DNA of 64,000 bases from a bacterium (GTDB lineage: Bacteria; Bacteroidota; Ignavibacteria; UBA10030): NCBI GenBank assembly GCA_043803945.1, contig JAZDJN010000010.1, positions 1-64,000 of the forward strand. Direction: 5' to 3'. Both the position numbers and the translations under genes were made by a program. Under the pieces are notes generated by a model. It had not been told where the DNA came from. It ran no database searches and saw nothing but the letters and a program-made list of their open reading frames with translations. Shown one piece after another: positions 28,693 through 41,100 of the stretch (its first letter is position 1; each line of letters begins with the position of its first letter).

Positions 28693-28941
28693 TTACACCT
28701 TTTTTGCTTGATCTGATTCTGCCGGCGTTTCTGTGGATTGCTGCTTCTTCGCTTTCAGTTGCCGAGCGCGCAGCACTGTCTGCATCCGTGCAATGTCCCT
28801 GCGGAGCAGGCGCAGTTTCATGGGGTTCTCGAGTTGATTCAGAACCTTTTGGAACCGGAGGTTCGCCAGGCTTTCTTCTTCTTCTTGAATTCTCTTGACC
28901 AGTTCAGAGTCAGTGAGATCTCGTAATTCAAATGCTTTCAT
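28693..28941 (-). CDS. rpmC: 50S ribosomal protein L29
   Basis: MKAFELR...NLRFQ...RRDIAR. Confidence 0.95.
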   Translation of the reverse strand: MKAFELRDLTDSELVKRIQEEEESLANLRFQKVLNQLENPMKLRLLRRDIARMQTVLRARQLKAKKQQSTETPAESDQAKKV

Positions 28942-28965
28942 GATTTCAATTTCTCCTTACACGCT

Positions 28966-29388
28966 TCAATGCGCTTCGTAATCGAGGCGTGTGACAAGCT
29001 TTGTCTTGATCGGCAGCTTATGAGCTGCGAGCGTACATGCTTCCTGTGCCACTGTCTTGGAAATGCCTCCCAATTCGAAGAGGATCCTTCCAGGCTTAAT
29101 GACAGCGACCCAGAACTCCGGTGTTCCCTTTCCGCTTCCCATACGAGTTTCAGCGGGTTTCTTCGACACCGGTTTATCGGGGAAGATGCGAATCCACACT
29201 TTTCCTTCGCGTTTCATCATACGCGTTACAGCAACGCGGCATGATTCGATCTGACGCTGGGTAATCCAACCGGGTTCCATTGCCTTCAAACCAAAGTCCC
29301 CAAAGGCAATTGTTGCACCGCGGGTTGCTTTTCCCCGCATACGGCCTCGTTGTGCTTTTCTAAATTTTACTCGTTTCGGCATTAACAT
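28966..29388 (-). CDS. rplP: 50S ribosomal protein L16
   Basis: [25 protein letters not shown]. Confidence 0.98.
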   Translation of the reverse strand: MLMPKRVKFRKAQRGRMRGKATRGATIAFGDFGLKAMEPGWITQRQIESCRVAVTRMMKREGKVWIRIFPDKPVSKKPAETRMGSGKGTPEFWVAVIKPGRILFELGGISKTVAQEACTLAAHKLPIKTKLVTRLDYEAH

Positions 29389-29406
29389 AGAATACTCTCT
29401 CCTCGC

Positions 29407-30045
29407 TTACCGGCCTACTGGTCCAAGAATTTCTCCGCGGCAGATCCACACCTTCACACCGATGGCACCATAAATTGTACGTGCAGTCGATGTTGCATAA
29501 TCGATGTCCGCACGAATGGTGTGCAGAGGAATGCGGCCCTCTTTGTATTGCTCACTGCGCGCAATTTCTGCCCCGCCGAGCCTGCCAGCACACATCACCC
29601 TGATTCCTTCAGCTCCCATCCGCATCGCAGCAGTAATCGATTGTTTCATTGCACGGCGGAAGGAAATTCTCCCTTCGAGTTGACCGGCAATAGCGTCTGC
29701 AACAAGGAAGGCATCAAGTTCTGGTCTTTTAATTTCGTGAATCAAAATCTTCACTTCTTTTGAGGTGACTTTCTTCAATTCTTCCTCAAGCTGGGCGATC
29801 TCTTTTCCGCTCTTGCCGATCACAATCCCAGGACGGGATGTATGAATCGTGATCACGGCGCGCTTTGGTGTCCGCTCAATCTGAATTCGGGATATCCCTG
29901 CCTTTTTCAAACGGCTACGGATGTAACTCCGCACCATCAAATCTTCCTGCAGTTTTACGGAAAACCCTTTCTCGTCAAACCAATTTGAATCCCAGGTTTT
30001 TGTTACGCCGAGACGAAATCCGACTGGATGAGTTTTCTGACCCAA
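29407..30045 (-). CDS. rpsC: 30S ribosomal protein S3
   Basis: [30 protein letters not shown]. Confidence 0.98.
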   Translation of the reverse strand: MGQKTHPVGFRLGVTKTWDSNWFDEKGFSVKLQEDLMVRSYIRSRLKKAGISRIQIERTPKRAVITIHTSRPGIVIGKSGKEIAQLEEELKKVTSKEVKILIHEIKRPELDAFLVADAIAGQLEGRISFRRAMKQSITAAMRMGAEGIRVMCAGRLGGAEIARSEQYKEGRIPLHTIRADIDYATSTARTIYGAIGVKVWICRGEILGPVGR

Positions 30046-30059
30046 AAGATCCTCCTCGT

Positions 30060-30527
30060 TCAGTGTTCTTTAACTTCTTGTTGTGGTTGTTGTTTAGATT
30101 TTTCCACTGATTTCTTTTTCTCTTCACCGGATGGTGCTGCTTTGACCGCTTTCTTCTTCTCCGCTCGTTTTGCGACGACGATTGTCAGATGATGGGAACG
30201 TTTTCTCACCCGGAACGCCCGACCCATCGGTGCGGGAAGCACTCGTTTCATGGAGGCACCGGCATCGACAAATGCCGTCTTCACAATCAACTGGGTGAGA
30301 TCGAGCCGACCGCCTTCATCTTTATTCTGGATATTCGACACGGCAGACCGAAGGACTTTCTCTGCCGTCTTGGCTGCATGTTTTGGAGAAAAGTGTAGGA
30401 TAGTTAATGCCTCATCAACTTTGCGACCACGAATGAGGTCGACGACCAGCATCATCTTTCTCGGTGATGTTCCTATAAATTTATTAATCGCTCGTGCTTC
30501 CATATCTCTTTCCTTTAATTCCGCCAT
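30060..30527 (-). CDS. rplV: 50S ribosomal protein L22
   Basis: SPRK...[17 protein letters not shown]. Confidence 0.96.
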   Translation of the reverse strand: MAELKERDMEARAINKFIGTSPRKMMLVVDLIRGRKVDEALTILHFSPKHAAKTAEKVLRSAVSNIQNKDEGGRLDLTQLIVKTAFVDAGASMKRVLPAPMGRAFRVRKRSHHLTIVVAKRAEKKKAVKAAPSGEEKKKSVEKSKQQPQQEVKEH

Positions 30528-30558
30528 TGCTGATCGGTGGAATTAATCTTCAATTCTA

Positions 30559-30846
30559 TTATGCAGGAGAAGTTGATTTTTCTGATTTCACTCCCGGATG
30601 CGCCCGGAAGATCCGCGTTGGTGCAAATTCACCAAGCTTATGGCCCACCATCGCTTCCTGCACATAGACAGGAATAAATTTATTGCCATTATGGACAGCA
30701 AAGGTATGTCCCACAAATTCTGGGATCACCGTGCACGAACGCGCCCAAGTCTTAATGACCTTTTTCTGATTGGACTTGTTGAGAACTTCAACTTTTTTCA
30801 ACAACTTTTGATCGATGTAGGGACCTTTTTTAAGCGAACGACTCAT
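30559..30846 (-). CDS. rpsS: 30S ribosomal protein S19
   Basis: [22 protein letters not shown]. Confidence 0.98.
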   Translation of the reverse strand: MSRSLKKGPYIDQKLLKKVEVLNKSNQKKVIKTWARSCTVIPEFVGHTFAVHNGNKFIPVYVQEAMVGHKLGEFAPTRIFRAHPGVKSEKSTSPA

Positions 30847-30878
30847 GTGCCTTATCTCGTGATCGTTTGATCAATTAG

Positions 30879-31712
30879 TTATTTACGTCGCTTGACAATT
30901 AATCTATTCGAAGAATTCTTTCTCTTTCGCGTCTTTAATCCTTTTGCATACTTGCCCCACGGTGATTCCGGATGTTGGCCACCGCCACCGCTCTTTGAAC
31001 GGCCTTCACCACCACCCATCGGATGATCCACGGGATTCATCGCCATACCGCGTGATTGCGGGCGGATCCCCAGCCAGCGAGACCGGCCGGCTTTTCCCAG
31101 ACTGATATTTTCATGATCACCGTTACTCACCACACCAATGGTCGCATGGCAGAGAACCGGGACTTTTCGGACCTCACCAGAGGGAAGCTTAAGCGTTGCC
31201 AATAGCCCTTCCTTCGCCATGAGTTGAAGGGAATTACCGGCACTCCGTCCCAGCTGTCCACCTTTTTGTGGGATGAGTTCGACATTGTGAACAAACGTAC
31301 CAACCGGAATCTCTACGATCGGAAGTGAATTTCCCACAGTGACCTCAGCACCCTTGCCGGACATCACTTTCTGTCCGATTTTCAATCCTTCAGGCGAAAC
31401 GATATATCGTTTCTCGCCGTCAATGTATTGAAGCAGGGCGATCCGTGCCGACCTGTTGGGATCGTATTCGATTGCTATGACTGTAGCTTCAACTCCATAG
31501 CGATTGCGTTTGAAATCAACGAGGCGGTACATCCGTTTATGTCCACCCCCCCGGTGACGCGAGGTCACCCGGCCAAGGTTATTCCTTCCTCCGGATTTCT
31601 TTAAGGGCGCCAGAAGCGATTTCTCCGGAGTCTTTTTTGTCACTTCCTCAAACGTCGACACTGAATAGAATCGCGTTGAGGGGGTCATTGGTCGTAATTT
31701 TCTAATTGCCAT
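30879..31712 (-). CDS. rplB: 50S ribosomal protein L2
   Basis: [30 protein letters not shown]. Confidence 0.98.
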   Translation of the reverse strand: MAIRKLRPMTPSTRFYSVSTFEEVTKKTPEKSLLAPLKKSGGRNNLGRVTSRHRGGGHKRMYRLVDFKRNRYGVEATVIAIEYDPNRSARIALLQYIDGEKRYIVSPEGLKIGQKVMSGKGAEVTVGNSLPIVEIPVGTFVHNVELIPQKGGQLGRSAGNSLQLMAKEGLLATLKLPSGEVRKVPVLCHATIGVVSNGDHENISLGKAGRSRWLGIRPQSRGMAMNPVDHPMGGGEGRSKSGGGGQHPESPWGKYAKGLKTRKRKNSSNRLIVKRRK

Positions 31713-31735
31713 ACAATTCCTGCCGTACCGTCAGA

Positions 31736-32026
31736 TCAAACGTTTTCAAAGTAATCTATTTTATCGCCTTCTTTCAACGTGACGATTGCTTTTTTCCAGG
31801 TATTGGTGTGCCCTTCAAATCGTCCTCGGCGAGTCAACTGCGTTTTGCGCTTTCCTTTGACGACGATGGTTCGAACACCGATCACCGTCACCTTGAATTT
31901 CTTTTCAACTGCCTTTGCAATCTCGATCTTGTTGGCACCCTCTTCAACTTCAAAAGCATAGTGCCGTTGATCCTGCATTGCAGTAATTTTTTCTGTTACG
32001 ATCGGTCGTTTGAGAATTCCTGTCAT
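31736..32026 (-). CDS. rplW: 50S ribosomal protein L23
   Basis: PIVTEK, ANKIEI, WKKAIVTL. Confidence 0.97.
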   Translation of the reverse strand: MTGILKRPIVTEKITAMQDQRHYAFEVEEGANKIEIAKAVEKKFKVTVIGVRTIVVKGKRKTQLTRRGRFEGHTNTWKKAIVTLKEGDKIDYFENV

Positions 32027-32036
32027 GACACTTCAC

Positions 32037-32666
32037 CTAGTTCGTCAACGATTTCTGCAGAACTTCGACGGCACTCTTTTGAATCAGGAGCACCTGGTTA
32101 TTTAAAATATCGAATGTTGACGCCTTCGCCGCTTCTTGGATATTCAGTGCAGTAATATTCCTTCCGGACTTATACAATATTCCATCCGCCGTATTGGTAA
32201 GGAATAATATTTTTTTCTTACTCAGCGAGAGTGCCTTCAAGACTGCAGCCATTTCTTTCGATCGCGGAGCTTGGAAGGAAAAATCTTCCACAACCACGAT
32301 CGAATTGTCTTTTGCCTTGTAGCTCAACGCTGATTTACGTGCGAGGCTTCTCACTTTCGCAGGAAGCTTCACTACATAATCATGCGGGCGAGGTCCGAAG
32401 ATCGATCCGCCACCGACCCATAACGGTGAACGACTTGTCCCTGCACGGGCACGGCCTGTTTTCTTTTGTTTGTACGGTTTCTTCCCACCGCCGCGGACTT
32501 CGCTGCGGGTTTTGACTTTGTGGGTTCCCTGCCGCTTGTTCGCCTGAATCGAACGCACTGCCTGATAGATCGCATGATCGTTCGGTGTGATCTCAAAGAT
32601 CTCGGGCGCGAGGGTGATCTTTTCACCGCTCTTTGTTCCGTCTATTTTATATACTTCCAATTCCAT
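32037..32666 (-). CDS. rplD: 50S ribosomal protein L4
   Basis: RQGTHKVKTRSEVRGGGKKP, GRARAG, FGPRP. Confidence 0.97.
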   Translation of the reverse strand: MELEVYKIDGTKSGEKITLAPEIFEITPNDHAIYQAVRSIQANKRQGTHKVKTRSEVRGGGKKPYKQKKTGRARAGTSRSPLWVGGGSIFGPRPHDYVVKLPAKVRSLARKSALSYKAKDNSIVVVEDFSFQAPRSKEMAAVLKALSLSKKKILFLTNTADGILYKSGRNITALNIQEAAKASTFDILNNQVLLIQKSAVEVLQKSLTN

Positions 32667-32688
32667 GGATTTTCCTGAGAACTCCCGA

Positions 32689-33315
32689 TTAGCGTTGTTT
32701 CACAATTTCTACATAACTATTAATCGCACCAGGGATGGATCCCTTCACGATGAGAATATTAGATTCGAGAATAACCTTGAGAACCTGTAAATTTTTCACG
32801 GTCACCTGGTCGTTTCCCATCCGTCCTCCCATTCGTGTTCCCTTGAAGACGCGTGAGGGATACGAACTCGAACCGATCGATCCGGGAGCACGTACTCGAT
32901 CGGATTGTCCGTGCGTCGTCATACCGACACCACCGAAGTGATGCCGTTTCACGACACCTTGAAAACCACGACCTTTCGAACGTCCGGTAACGTCGACGAT
33001 ATCGCCCTGATGGAAGATATCGACTTTCACTTCGTTTCCGAGTTGGAAGCTTGTTCCATTGGTCGTTCGAAATTCCCGCAACAGGCGCATCGGTTTTGAT
33101 GCGGCTTTTGCGAAATGTCCTTTTGTGGGTTTATTCACAAGCCGTTCTTTGATTTCGTCGAATCCAAGCTGGACTGCATCATATCCATCTATAACTTTGG
33201 TTTTCACCTGCGTCACAAAGCATGGACCGGCTTCGATTACAGTGCAGGGGATCATCTGCCCGTTCTCATCAAAGATGCTTGTCATGCCAATCTTTTTACC
33301 TAGAATGCTGCTCAC
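32689..33315 (-). CDS. rplC: 50S ribosomal protein L3
   Basis: [29 protein letters not shown]. Confidence 0.98.
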   Translation of the reverse strand: MSSILGKKIGMTSIFDENGQMIPCTVIEAGPCFVTQVKTKVIDGYDAVQLGFDEIKERLVNKPTKGHFAKAASKPMRLLREFRTTNGTSFQLGNEVKVDIFHQGDIVDVTGRSKGRGFQGVVKRHHFGGVGMTTHGQSDRVRAPGSIGSSSYPSRVFKGTRMGGRMGNDQVTVKNLQVLKVILESNILIVKGSIPGAINSYVEIVKQR

Positions 33316-33407
33316 AGTTCTACTCCTGAGTCACTTCCTTGCTGACTCACTAGTGGTGTTCGAACAAGGATTATAACATCATGGTACATTTGTTCAGTCG
33401 TCAATCA

Positions 33408-33716
33408 CTAGACTTTTATTTCTACATCGACTCCAGCGGGTAACTCCAGCTTCATTAGCGAATCAACTGTTTTGCTAGTGGAGTTCAGAATATCAATAAG
33501 TCTTTTATGCGAACGTGTTTCGAATTGTTCGCGCGACTTCTTATCGACGTGCGGAGAACGATTCACTACATAGAGCGACCGTTTTGTAGGCAACGGAATT
33601 GGTCCAGACACGACCGCGCCCGTTGATTTCACTGTCTTGATGATCTTCTCTGCTGATTTATCAATCAGATTGTGATCGTACGACTTCAGCTTAATGCGTA
33701 TTTTTTGACCAGCCAA
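33408..33716 (-). CDS. rpsJ: 30S ribosomal protein S10
   Basis: [31 protein letters not shown]. Confidence 0.98.
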   Translation of the reverse strand: MAGQKIRIKLKSYDHNLIDKSAEKIIKTVKSTGAVVSGPIPLPTKRSLYVVNRSPHVDKKSREQFETRSHKRLIDILNSTSKTVDSLMKLELPAGVDVEIKV

Positions 33717-33747
33717 TGAACACTCCTAGCTGATAAGAGTCCGAATG

Positions 33748-33783
33748 AAAAACAATGGGTTCTGGCATTTCCGCCAGAACCCA
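33748..33783 (-). terminator. Intrinsic terminator/attenuator between tuf and rpsJ
   Basis: Perfect 11-bp stem TGGGTTCTGGC/GCCAGAACCCA followed by TTGTTTTT on the minus strand. Confidence 0.75.
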
Positions 33784-33791
33784 GTTAATTA

Positions 33792-35003
33792 TTACTCAAG
33801 AATCTTTGTCACAACACCAGCACCAACCGTGCGTCCGCCTTCGCGGATAGCAAATCGAAGTCCCTCCTCCATAGCAATTTCAGAGATGAGTTCGATATTG
33901 ATAGCATCAAGGTTGTCGCCGGGCATCACCATCTCAACGCCACCGGGGAGTGTTGCTACGCCGGTTACGTCGGTGGTGCGGAAATAGAATTGAGGGCGAT
34001 AGCCATTCAGGAATGGCGTATGACGTCCGCCTTCTTCTTTTTTCAAGACGTACACTTGAGCGGTAAATTTCTTGTGCGGCGTGATGGAACCGGGCTTCGA
34101 GATAACCATCCCGCGCTCCAATTCTGTTTTTTCTACACCGCGCAGCAATAAACCGGCATTATCACCTGCGGTCACCTCATCGAGTTCCTTCCGGAACATC
34201 TCGGCACCAGTGATCACTGTCTTTTTATGCAATCCGAGACCGACAACTTCAACTTCATCGCCAACTTTTGCCTTCCCGCGTTCGACACGGCCAGTACCGA
34301 CAGTACCACGGCCTGTAATAGAGAAGACATCTTCCACGGGCATTAGGAACGGTTTATCGACACTCCGCGCGGGCAGGGGAATATAGGAATCAACGGCACC
34401 CATAAGATCCATAATGCATTGAAATGCCGGATCATCAGTCTTCACATCCGGGTGAAGCGCTGCTTCCATTGCCTTTAAGGCGGAGCCGCGGATAATGGGA
34501 ATCTCGTCGCCGGGGAAATTGTATTTCTTGAGCAGATCCCGTACTTCGAGTTCAACGAGATCGAGCAGTTCCGGATCATCAACAGCATCAACCTTGTTTA
34601 AGAAAACAACAACCCTTGGAACGTTCACTTGATAGGCAAGAAGAATATGCTCACGTGTTTGCGGCATAGGACCATCTGTCGCAGCAACGACAAGGATCGC
34701 TCCGTCCATCTGGGCTGCACCGGTGATCATATTCTTAATATAATCTGCGTGGCCCGGGCAGTCGACGTGTGCATAGTGCCGCTTCTCTGTTGCATATTCG
34801 ACGTGCGCAGTATTAATCGTAATACCACGAGCCTTTTCCTCTGGGGCATTATCGATCGAATCAAATGTTCGAATAGCGGACAAGCCCTTCTTTGCCAACA
34901 CCATGGTGATCGCTGCAGTCAATGTAGTCTTGCCATGGTCAACGTGACCAATAGTGCCGACGTTTACGTGCGGTTTACTACGATCAAATTTTTCCTTTGC
35001 CAT
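33792..35003 (-). CDS. tuf: Elongation factor Tu
   Basis: [30 protein letters not shown]. Confidence 0.99.
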   Translation of the reverse strand: MAKEKFDRSKPHVNVGTIGHVDHGKTTLTAAITMVLAKKGLSAIRTFDSIDNAPEEKARGITINTAHVEYATEKRHYAHVDCPGHADYIKNMITGAAQMDGAILVVAATDGPMPQTREHILLAYQVNVPRVVVFLNKVDAVDDPELLDLVELEVRDLLKKYNFPGDEIPIIRGSALKAMEAALHPDVKTDDPAFQCIMDLMGAVDSYIPLPARSVDKPFLMPVEDVFSITGRGTVGTGRVERGKAKVGDEVEVVGLGLHKKTVITGAEMFRKELDEVTAGDNAGLLLRGVEKTELERGMVISKPGSITPHKKFTAQVYVLKKEEGGRHTPFLNGYRPQFYFRTTDVTGVATLPGGVEMVMPGDNLDAINIELISEIAMEEGLRFAIREGGRTVGAGVVTKILE

Positions 35004-35054
35004 TGGAATGATCTCCTTTCGTTGTGTCAGAAGTCTGGATTAAAATTACACTCT

Positions 35055-37159
35055 CTATGATGATACTCTGCTAATGCCTTTTACTTTTTCGATAATCTCA
35101 TCAGATACTGATTTGGGTGCCTGTTCGTAATGAGAAAATTGCATCGTGTATAATGCACGCCCCTGGGTCATTGACCGCATGGTTGTTGCATACCCGAACA
35201 TTTCAGAAAGCGGCACCATAGCCTTTACGACCTGCGCATCTTTCCGAGTGTTCATTCCTTCAATTTTTCCGCGCCGGGAGCTTAAATCCCCTAAAATGTC
35301 TCCCAAATACTCCTCGGGGGTAACACCACTTCAACTGCCATAATTGGTTCGAGAATGATCGGGCCTGCTTTCGATGCAGCTTCTTTGAACGCCATCGAGC
35401 CAGCTATCTTAAATGCCATTTCCGAGGAATCAACCGCGTGGAATGAGCCATCGTAGAGCTTAACTTTAACGTCTTCCACCGGATACCCAGCGAGGACACC
35501 GTTACGCATCGCTTCAAAGATACCATCCTCGACCGGCTTAATATATTCGCGGGGAATGGAACCGCCTATGATGGCATTTTCAAATTCGAATCCCTTGCCT
35601 TTTTCATTCGGTTCAAGCTCAATCTCAACATGACCATACTGGCCACGGCCGCCGCTTTGCCGGATAAACTTACCCTCTGCAGCCACTTTACGTGTGATTG
35701 TCTCCTTGTAGGCCACCTGCGGTTTGCCCACATTCGCTTCGACCCTAAACTCTCGTTTCATGCGATCAACAATAATCTCAAGATGTAATTCTCCCATACC
35801 ACTGATGATCGTTTGACCGGTTTCTTCATTCGAGGAAACACGGAAAGTCGGATCCTCTTCTGCAAGTTTCTGTAGCGCCTCACCAAGCTTTTCCTGGTCC
35901 GCCTTGGTTCTCGGCTCAATTGCCACATCGATGACAGGATCGGGAAAAATCATCCGTTCAAGAATAATTGGATCATCCTCATTGGTAAGTGTATCACCTG
36001 TGCGAGTATTTTTCAGTCCGATAGCTGCGACGATATCACCAGCATACACTTCGGCAACTTCCTCACGATGGTTTGCATGCATGCGGAGGATACGGGCAAT
36101 TCTTTCTTTCTTATCAGAAATGACATTATAAACGTAGGAGCCAGACTTCAACGTGCCAGCATAAATCCTAAAATAGGTAAGCCGTCCGACAAATGGATCA
36201 GTCATAATTTTGAATGCAAGTGCGGTAAAATGTTCATCATCCTTTACCAGCCTCTTCACGTCATCACTTCGGTGCGGATGATGGCCATGAACCTCGCCAC
36301 CATTAATATCGATGGGCGATGGAAGAAAATCGATGACTGCATCGAGCAAATTCTGAACACCCTTATTCTTAAATGAAGAACCGCACAAAACAGGGATAAT
36401 GCTCACCTTCAATGTTGCACGGCGGAGAACGGCTCGAATTTCATTCGCCGAGATCTCTTTGCCTTCGAGATATTTCTCGAGGAGTGAATCATCTTCGTCG
36501 GCAACAGCCTCGAGCATTTTAATTCTAAACTCATTTGCTTTTGGCTTCAACTTCTCCGGAATTTCTATGTCGTCCCAAGATGTTCCTTGCGTACCTTCGT
36601 GATACATGCGAGCTTTCATCGTAATCAAATCGATGATCCCCGCAAACATTTCTCCCTCGCCAACCGGCAAGTGGATCGGTACAGCATTCGTGCTGAGCCG
36701 TTGTTTCATCATATCGATGACACTCAGAAAATCAGCACCCGCACGATCCATTTTATTGACAAACGCAATTCTCGGGACACCATATTTATCAGCCTGCCGC
36801 CATACTGTTTCCGATTGCGGCTCTACACCGCCTACCGAGCAGAACAATGCAACCGCTCCATCAAGTACCCGTAGCGAGCGTTCGACTTCAATTGTAAAAT
36901 CAACATGGCCAGGAGTGTCGATAATGTTGATACTATGGTCTGCCCAAAAACAGGTAGTTGCAGCACTTGTGATGGTGATGCCGCGTTCCTTTTCCTGTTC
37001 CATCCAATCCATCGTTGCAGCGCCATCATGAACTTCACCCATCCGATGCAACACACCCGTATAGAACAGTATTCGTTCTGTCGTAGTGGTCTTACCAGCA
37101 TCGATGTGAGCCATGATGCCGATATTTCTTATTCTATCTAAAGGGTATTCACGTGGCAT
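35055..37159 (-). pseudogene. fusA: Elongation factor G, interrupted by a frameshift near 35325 (true lesion or assembly error)
   Basis: [15 protein letters not shown]...EPIMAVEVV in one frame; [18 protein letters not shown]...VPLSEMFGY continues in another frame to the stop at 35055. Confidence 0.9.
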
Positions 37160-37241
37160 AACATTTTCAAGAGCGGATCTGAGGGGAAACAAATTCGCTC
37201 ACATTAGAAAAACACGAATAATTCAAGTACAGTTTTTTTTA

Positions 37242-37709
37242 TTACCACTTAAAATGTGCAAAAGCTTTATTTGCTTCTGCCATTCGATGGACATCATCTT
37301 TTTTCTTGATTGATCCACCCTCACCCGATGCAGCCGACATCAATTCAGATGCGAGTTTTCGAGCCATCGATGTATCCGAGCGTTCGTTGGCGTAGTTAAT
37401 TAGCCAGCGGATTGCAAGAGCGGTTCGCCGCTCGGGGCGAACTTCTGTGGGAACTTGATAGGTAGCACCACCAACTCTACGCGCCCGAACCTCAATGAGA
37501 GGCGAGGCATTATTTACGGCCTTTTTAAAGACGTCAATTGCCTTCGTCTTTGTGCGCTCTTCAATAATATTGAATGCGCCATAAAGAATACCTCTGGCAA
37601 CGTGTTTTTTTCCCTTTTTCAAGAGGGAATTAATAAACCGAGAAACCAAAATATCCTGGAATATCGGATCGGGTGAAGCTAATCTTTTTGTTGATCTTTT
37701 CTTTCTCAT
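37242..37709 (-). CDS. rpsG: 30S ribosomal protein S7
   Basis: RRVGGATYQVP, HRMAEANKAFAHF. Confidence 0.98.
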   Translation of the reverse strand: MRKKRSTKRLASPDPIFQDILVSRFINSLLKKGKKHVARGILYGAFNIIEERTKTKAIDVFKKAVNNASPLIEVRARRVGGATYQVPTEVRPERRTALAIRWLINYANERSDTSMARKLASELMSAASGEGGSIKKKDDVHRMAEANKAFAHFKW

Positions 37710-37721
37710 CAGCGTTTCTGT

Positions 37722-38096
37722 CTACTGCTTTGGCTTTTTGGCTCCATATTTAGAACGACCTTGTTTGCGATCCTGGACACCCTGAGTATCTAGGGATCCT
37801 CGAATAATGTGATATCTGACACCAGGGAGATCTTTTACTCTTCCACCGCGTACCAGAACAATGGAATGCTCCTGTAAATTATGCCCTTCTCCCGGAATGT
37901 AGGCAGTAACTTCAATACCATTCTGGAGTCTGACACGAGCCACCTTCCGAAGAGCCGAATTCGGCTTTTTCGGTGTTGTGGTATAAACCCTTGTACAAAC
38001 CCCTCTTTTTTGAGGATTTGATTGAAGCGCAGGAGATTTACTCTTCCAGGAAACCTTCTCTCTGCCATTCCGAACTAACTGATTAATTGTGGGCAA
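37722..38096 (-). CDS. rpsL: 30S ribosomal protein S12
   Basis: [28 protein letters not shown]. Confidence 0.99.
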   Translation of the reverse strand: MPTINQLVRNGREKVSWKSKSPALQSNPQKRGVCTRVYTTTPKKPNSALRKVARVRLQNGIEVTAYIPGEGHNLQEHSIVLVRGGRVKDLPGVRYHIIRGSLDTQGVQDRKQGRSKYGAKKPKQ

Positions 38097-38146
38097 TTCT
38101 CGTAATCCTCGAATTTGACTGGTAGATCTGAGAAAAAAAGTTTATA

Positions 38147-38175
38147 AATATAACAACATCAAAACAAAATGTCAA
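38147..38175 (-). promoter_or_regulatory. sigma70-type promoter of the str operon
   Basis: TTGACA-17 bp-TATATT with an extended -10 TG. Confidence 0.75.
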
Positions 38176-38189
38176 TACATATAGAATAT

Positions 38190-41100
38190 TTATGTAGTAA
38201 TTTTTGACTTTCGTTTCCTCTCCTTAGATTGAACCAATTCAACCACTTCTTCGATGATCTCAAGGGGTTCCGGTGCCGGTGCAACAGCTTCCCTCGAGGA
38301 CACAAAGATTTCTTTGAACTTTTTCTGACCTGTGCCTGCAGGAATGAGGTGCCCCATGATCACATTCTCCTTCAAACCGAGGAGATGATCGACCTTCCCT
38401 TCGATCGCTGCATCCGTAAGCACCTTCGTCGTTTCCTGGAAGGAGGCAGCTGAGATGAAACTATCCGTAGTTAAAGATGCCTGGGTAATACCGAGAAGAA
38501 TCGGTTCAGAAGTTGCCGGAATGGTATCGCGAGCTTCAGCAACTTTCTTTGTTTTCTTCTTCAAGTCGGTGTTGATTTCACGGAGATTTTTCTTGGCAAC
38601 AATTGCACCGTTTTTCAACTTGGAGTCACCCTTACTCACAACGCAGACTTTTCCGGAAAGATTCTGATTATCATCATGTAAGCGGGATTTATCAATATTA
38701 TCACCCTCGAGATACTTAGTGTCGCCAGCATCAACGATTCGCTCTTTCTGCATCATTTGGCGTACGATAACCTCGATATGCTTGTCGTTGATTTTTACAC
38801 CCTGCATACGATACACTTCCTGAATCTCGTTCACGAGGTATTCCTGCACAGAAGTTGTACCCTTAATCCGAAGAATGTCATGGGGATCAATAGAACCGGC
38901 AGAAAGACGTTCACCTGCTCTAATTGTATCATTGTCCTGGACAAGAATGTGCTTTCCGAGAGGAACGAGATAGGTACGACGATCCTTTCCATCATGACTC
39001 TGAACGAACACCTCTCGTGCTCCGCGCTTCGGTTGACCGATAGTAACGACGCCGTCAATTTCCGTGATAATGGCTGGATCGTTCGGATGACGTGCTTCAA
39101 ACAATTCTGTTACGCGTGGCAGACCTCCGGTAATATCACGGGTCTTGCCGATATCACGTGGAATCTTCACTAGAACTGCACCAGCGTGAATCTCCTCTCC
39201 ATCATCAACAATCAAGTGCGCCCGGGTAGGCATCGGGTAGGAAGCAACCTTCTGCCCTTTGGCATTGAGAATAGTTAGCGTAGGGATGAGACTCTTCTCA
39301 CGACTGTCGATGACCACCTTCTGAATGTGACCTGTTTGCTCATCCGGTTCTTCGCGAAAGGTGACATTTTCTTTCAGGTCGACATATTTTACTGTTCCAG
39401 GATGTTCCGAGACTATCACAGCATTGTACGGATCCCACTCATAAATCATCTCACTCCTGTGAACCTTGCCTCCATCCTTTACAGCGAGAACCGCACCATA
39501 AGGAACATCATATTTAGTCAGGACACGATTATCATCATCAATAATATTAATAACACCACTACGACCAGAAACGATGAGGTGTTTTCCGGCCTCACCCACC
39601 GTTTCAATAAATTTGATGCCATCATATCTGACACTGCCTTCGAACTTCGATGCAATTTGTGATTGCGAGGCGATTAAACTTGCCGTACCGCCGGTATGAA
39701 AGGTTCGGAGGGTCAACTGCGTCCCGGGTTCACCAATGGACTGAGCGGCGATAACACCGACGGCAGTGCCAGGTTCTACTATTTTTGCGGTGGTCAAATC
39801 ACGTCCATAGCATTTTGCACAGATCCCACGGCGTGCATCGCATGTCAGTGCTGATCGAATTTCCACGATCTCGATAGACGTCTCGGAAATGCTTTGAGCC
39901 TTATCCTCGTCTATTATCTCTCCTGCCTTCACGATCACCGTACCATTGAGCGGATCTGTGACATCATGGACAGAGACTCGCCCAAGAATACGTTCGGATA
40001 ACGGCTCTTTGACATCCTCTCCTTCTTTCAGCGCAGATGTTGGTACACCGCGAATCGTACCACAATCCTCTTCGCAAATAATACCATCCTGAGCAACGTC
40101 AATAAGACGACGAGTGAGGTAACCAGCATCAGCTGTTTTCAACGCAGTGTCAGCAAGACCTTTCCGTGCTCCGTGAGTTGAGATGAAGTATTCCAGAATC
40201 GAAAGTCCTTCACGGAAATTCGCGACGATAGGATTCTCAATTAACTCCCCCGTTGCTCCAGAGAGGCTCTTCTGCGGTTTCGCCATCAGGCCACGCATCC
40301 CAGCGAGCTGGCGAACCTGTTCCTTCGAACCACGCGCGCCAGAATCAACCATCATGTAGAGCGAGTTGAATCCTTCACGGGAGTGTTGTAACGAGTCGAA
40401 CAGTTTCTCTGCAATTTTGCTTGTTGCCCTTGTCCAGATATCGATCACTTTATTATAGCGTTCACCATTGGTGATGAAGCCGCGATAGTACTGACTCTCA
40501 ACGTTCTCAACATCCTTTTGAGCCTTGGCAACCATCTCGTATTTCTCTTTGGGGATGATAACGTCGCCAATGGAAACCGACAATCCACCACGCGTAGCAT
40601 ATTGGAATCCGAGTGTCTTCAATTTATCCAGGAATTGAGCCGTTACCAAGTTACCGCATCGTCTGAACACTGTCGCGACAATTTGAACGAGCCTCTTTTT
40701 ATTGAGCAATTCGTTGATGAAGGGAACGTCGCTTGGGAGAATACGATTGAAGATGACGCGACCGGTTGTAGTTTCAACCAGTTTGTTGTCAATGCGCACT
40801 TTAATCTTCGCATGCAGAGCGAGCTTATCCTGATCGTAGGCGATAATAACCTCTTCAGGTGACGAGAAAATCATGCCTTCGCCAAGATCATTGTTTTTTG
40901 ACTTGGTCAGATAATAACAGCCAAGAACCTGATCTTGTGTAGGAGTAACAATTGGCGCGCCACTGGCAGGCGAAAGAATATTGTGGCTCGAGAGCATCAG
41001 AATGCGAGCCTCAAGCTGCGCCTCATACGACAACGGCACGTGTACCGCCATCTGGTCACCGTCAAAGTCGGCATTGAACGCCGAGCATACCATCGGATGA

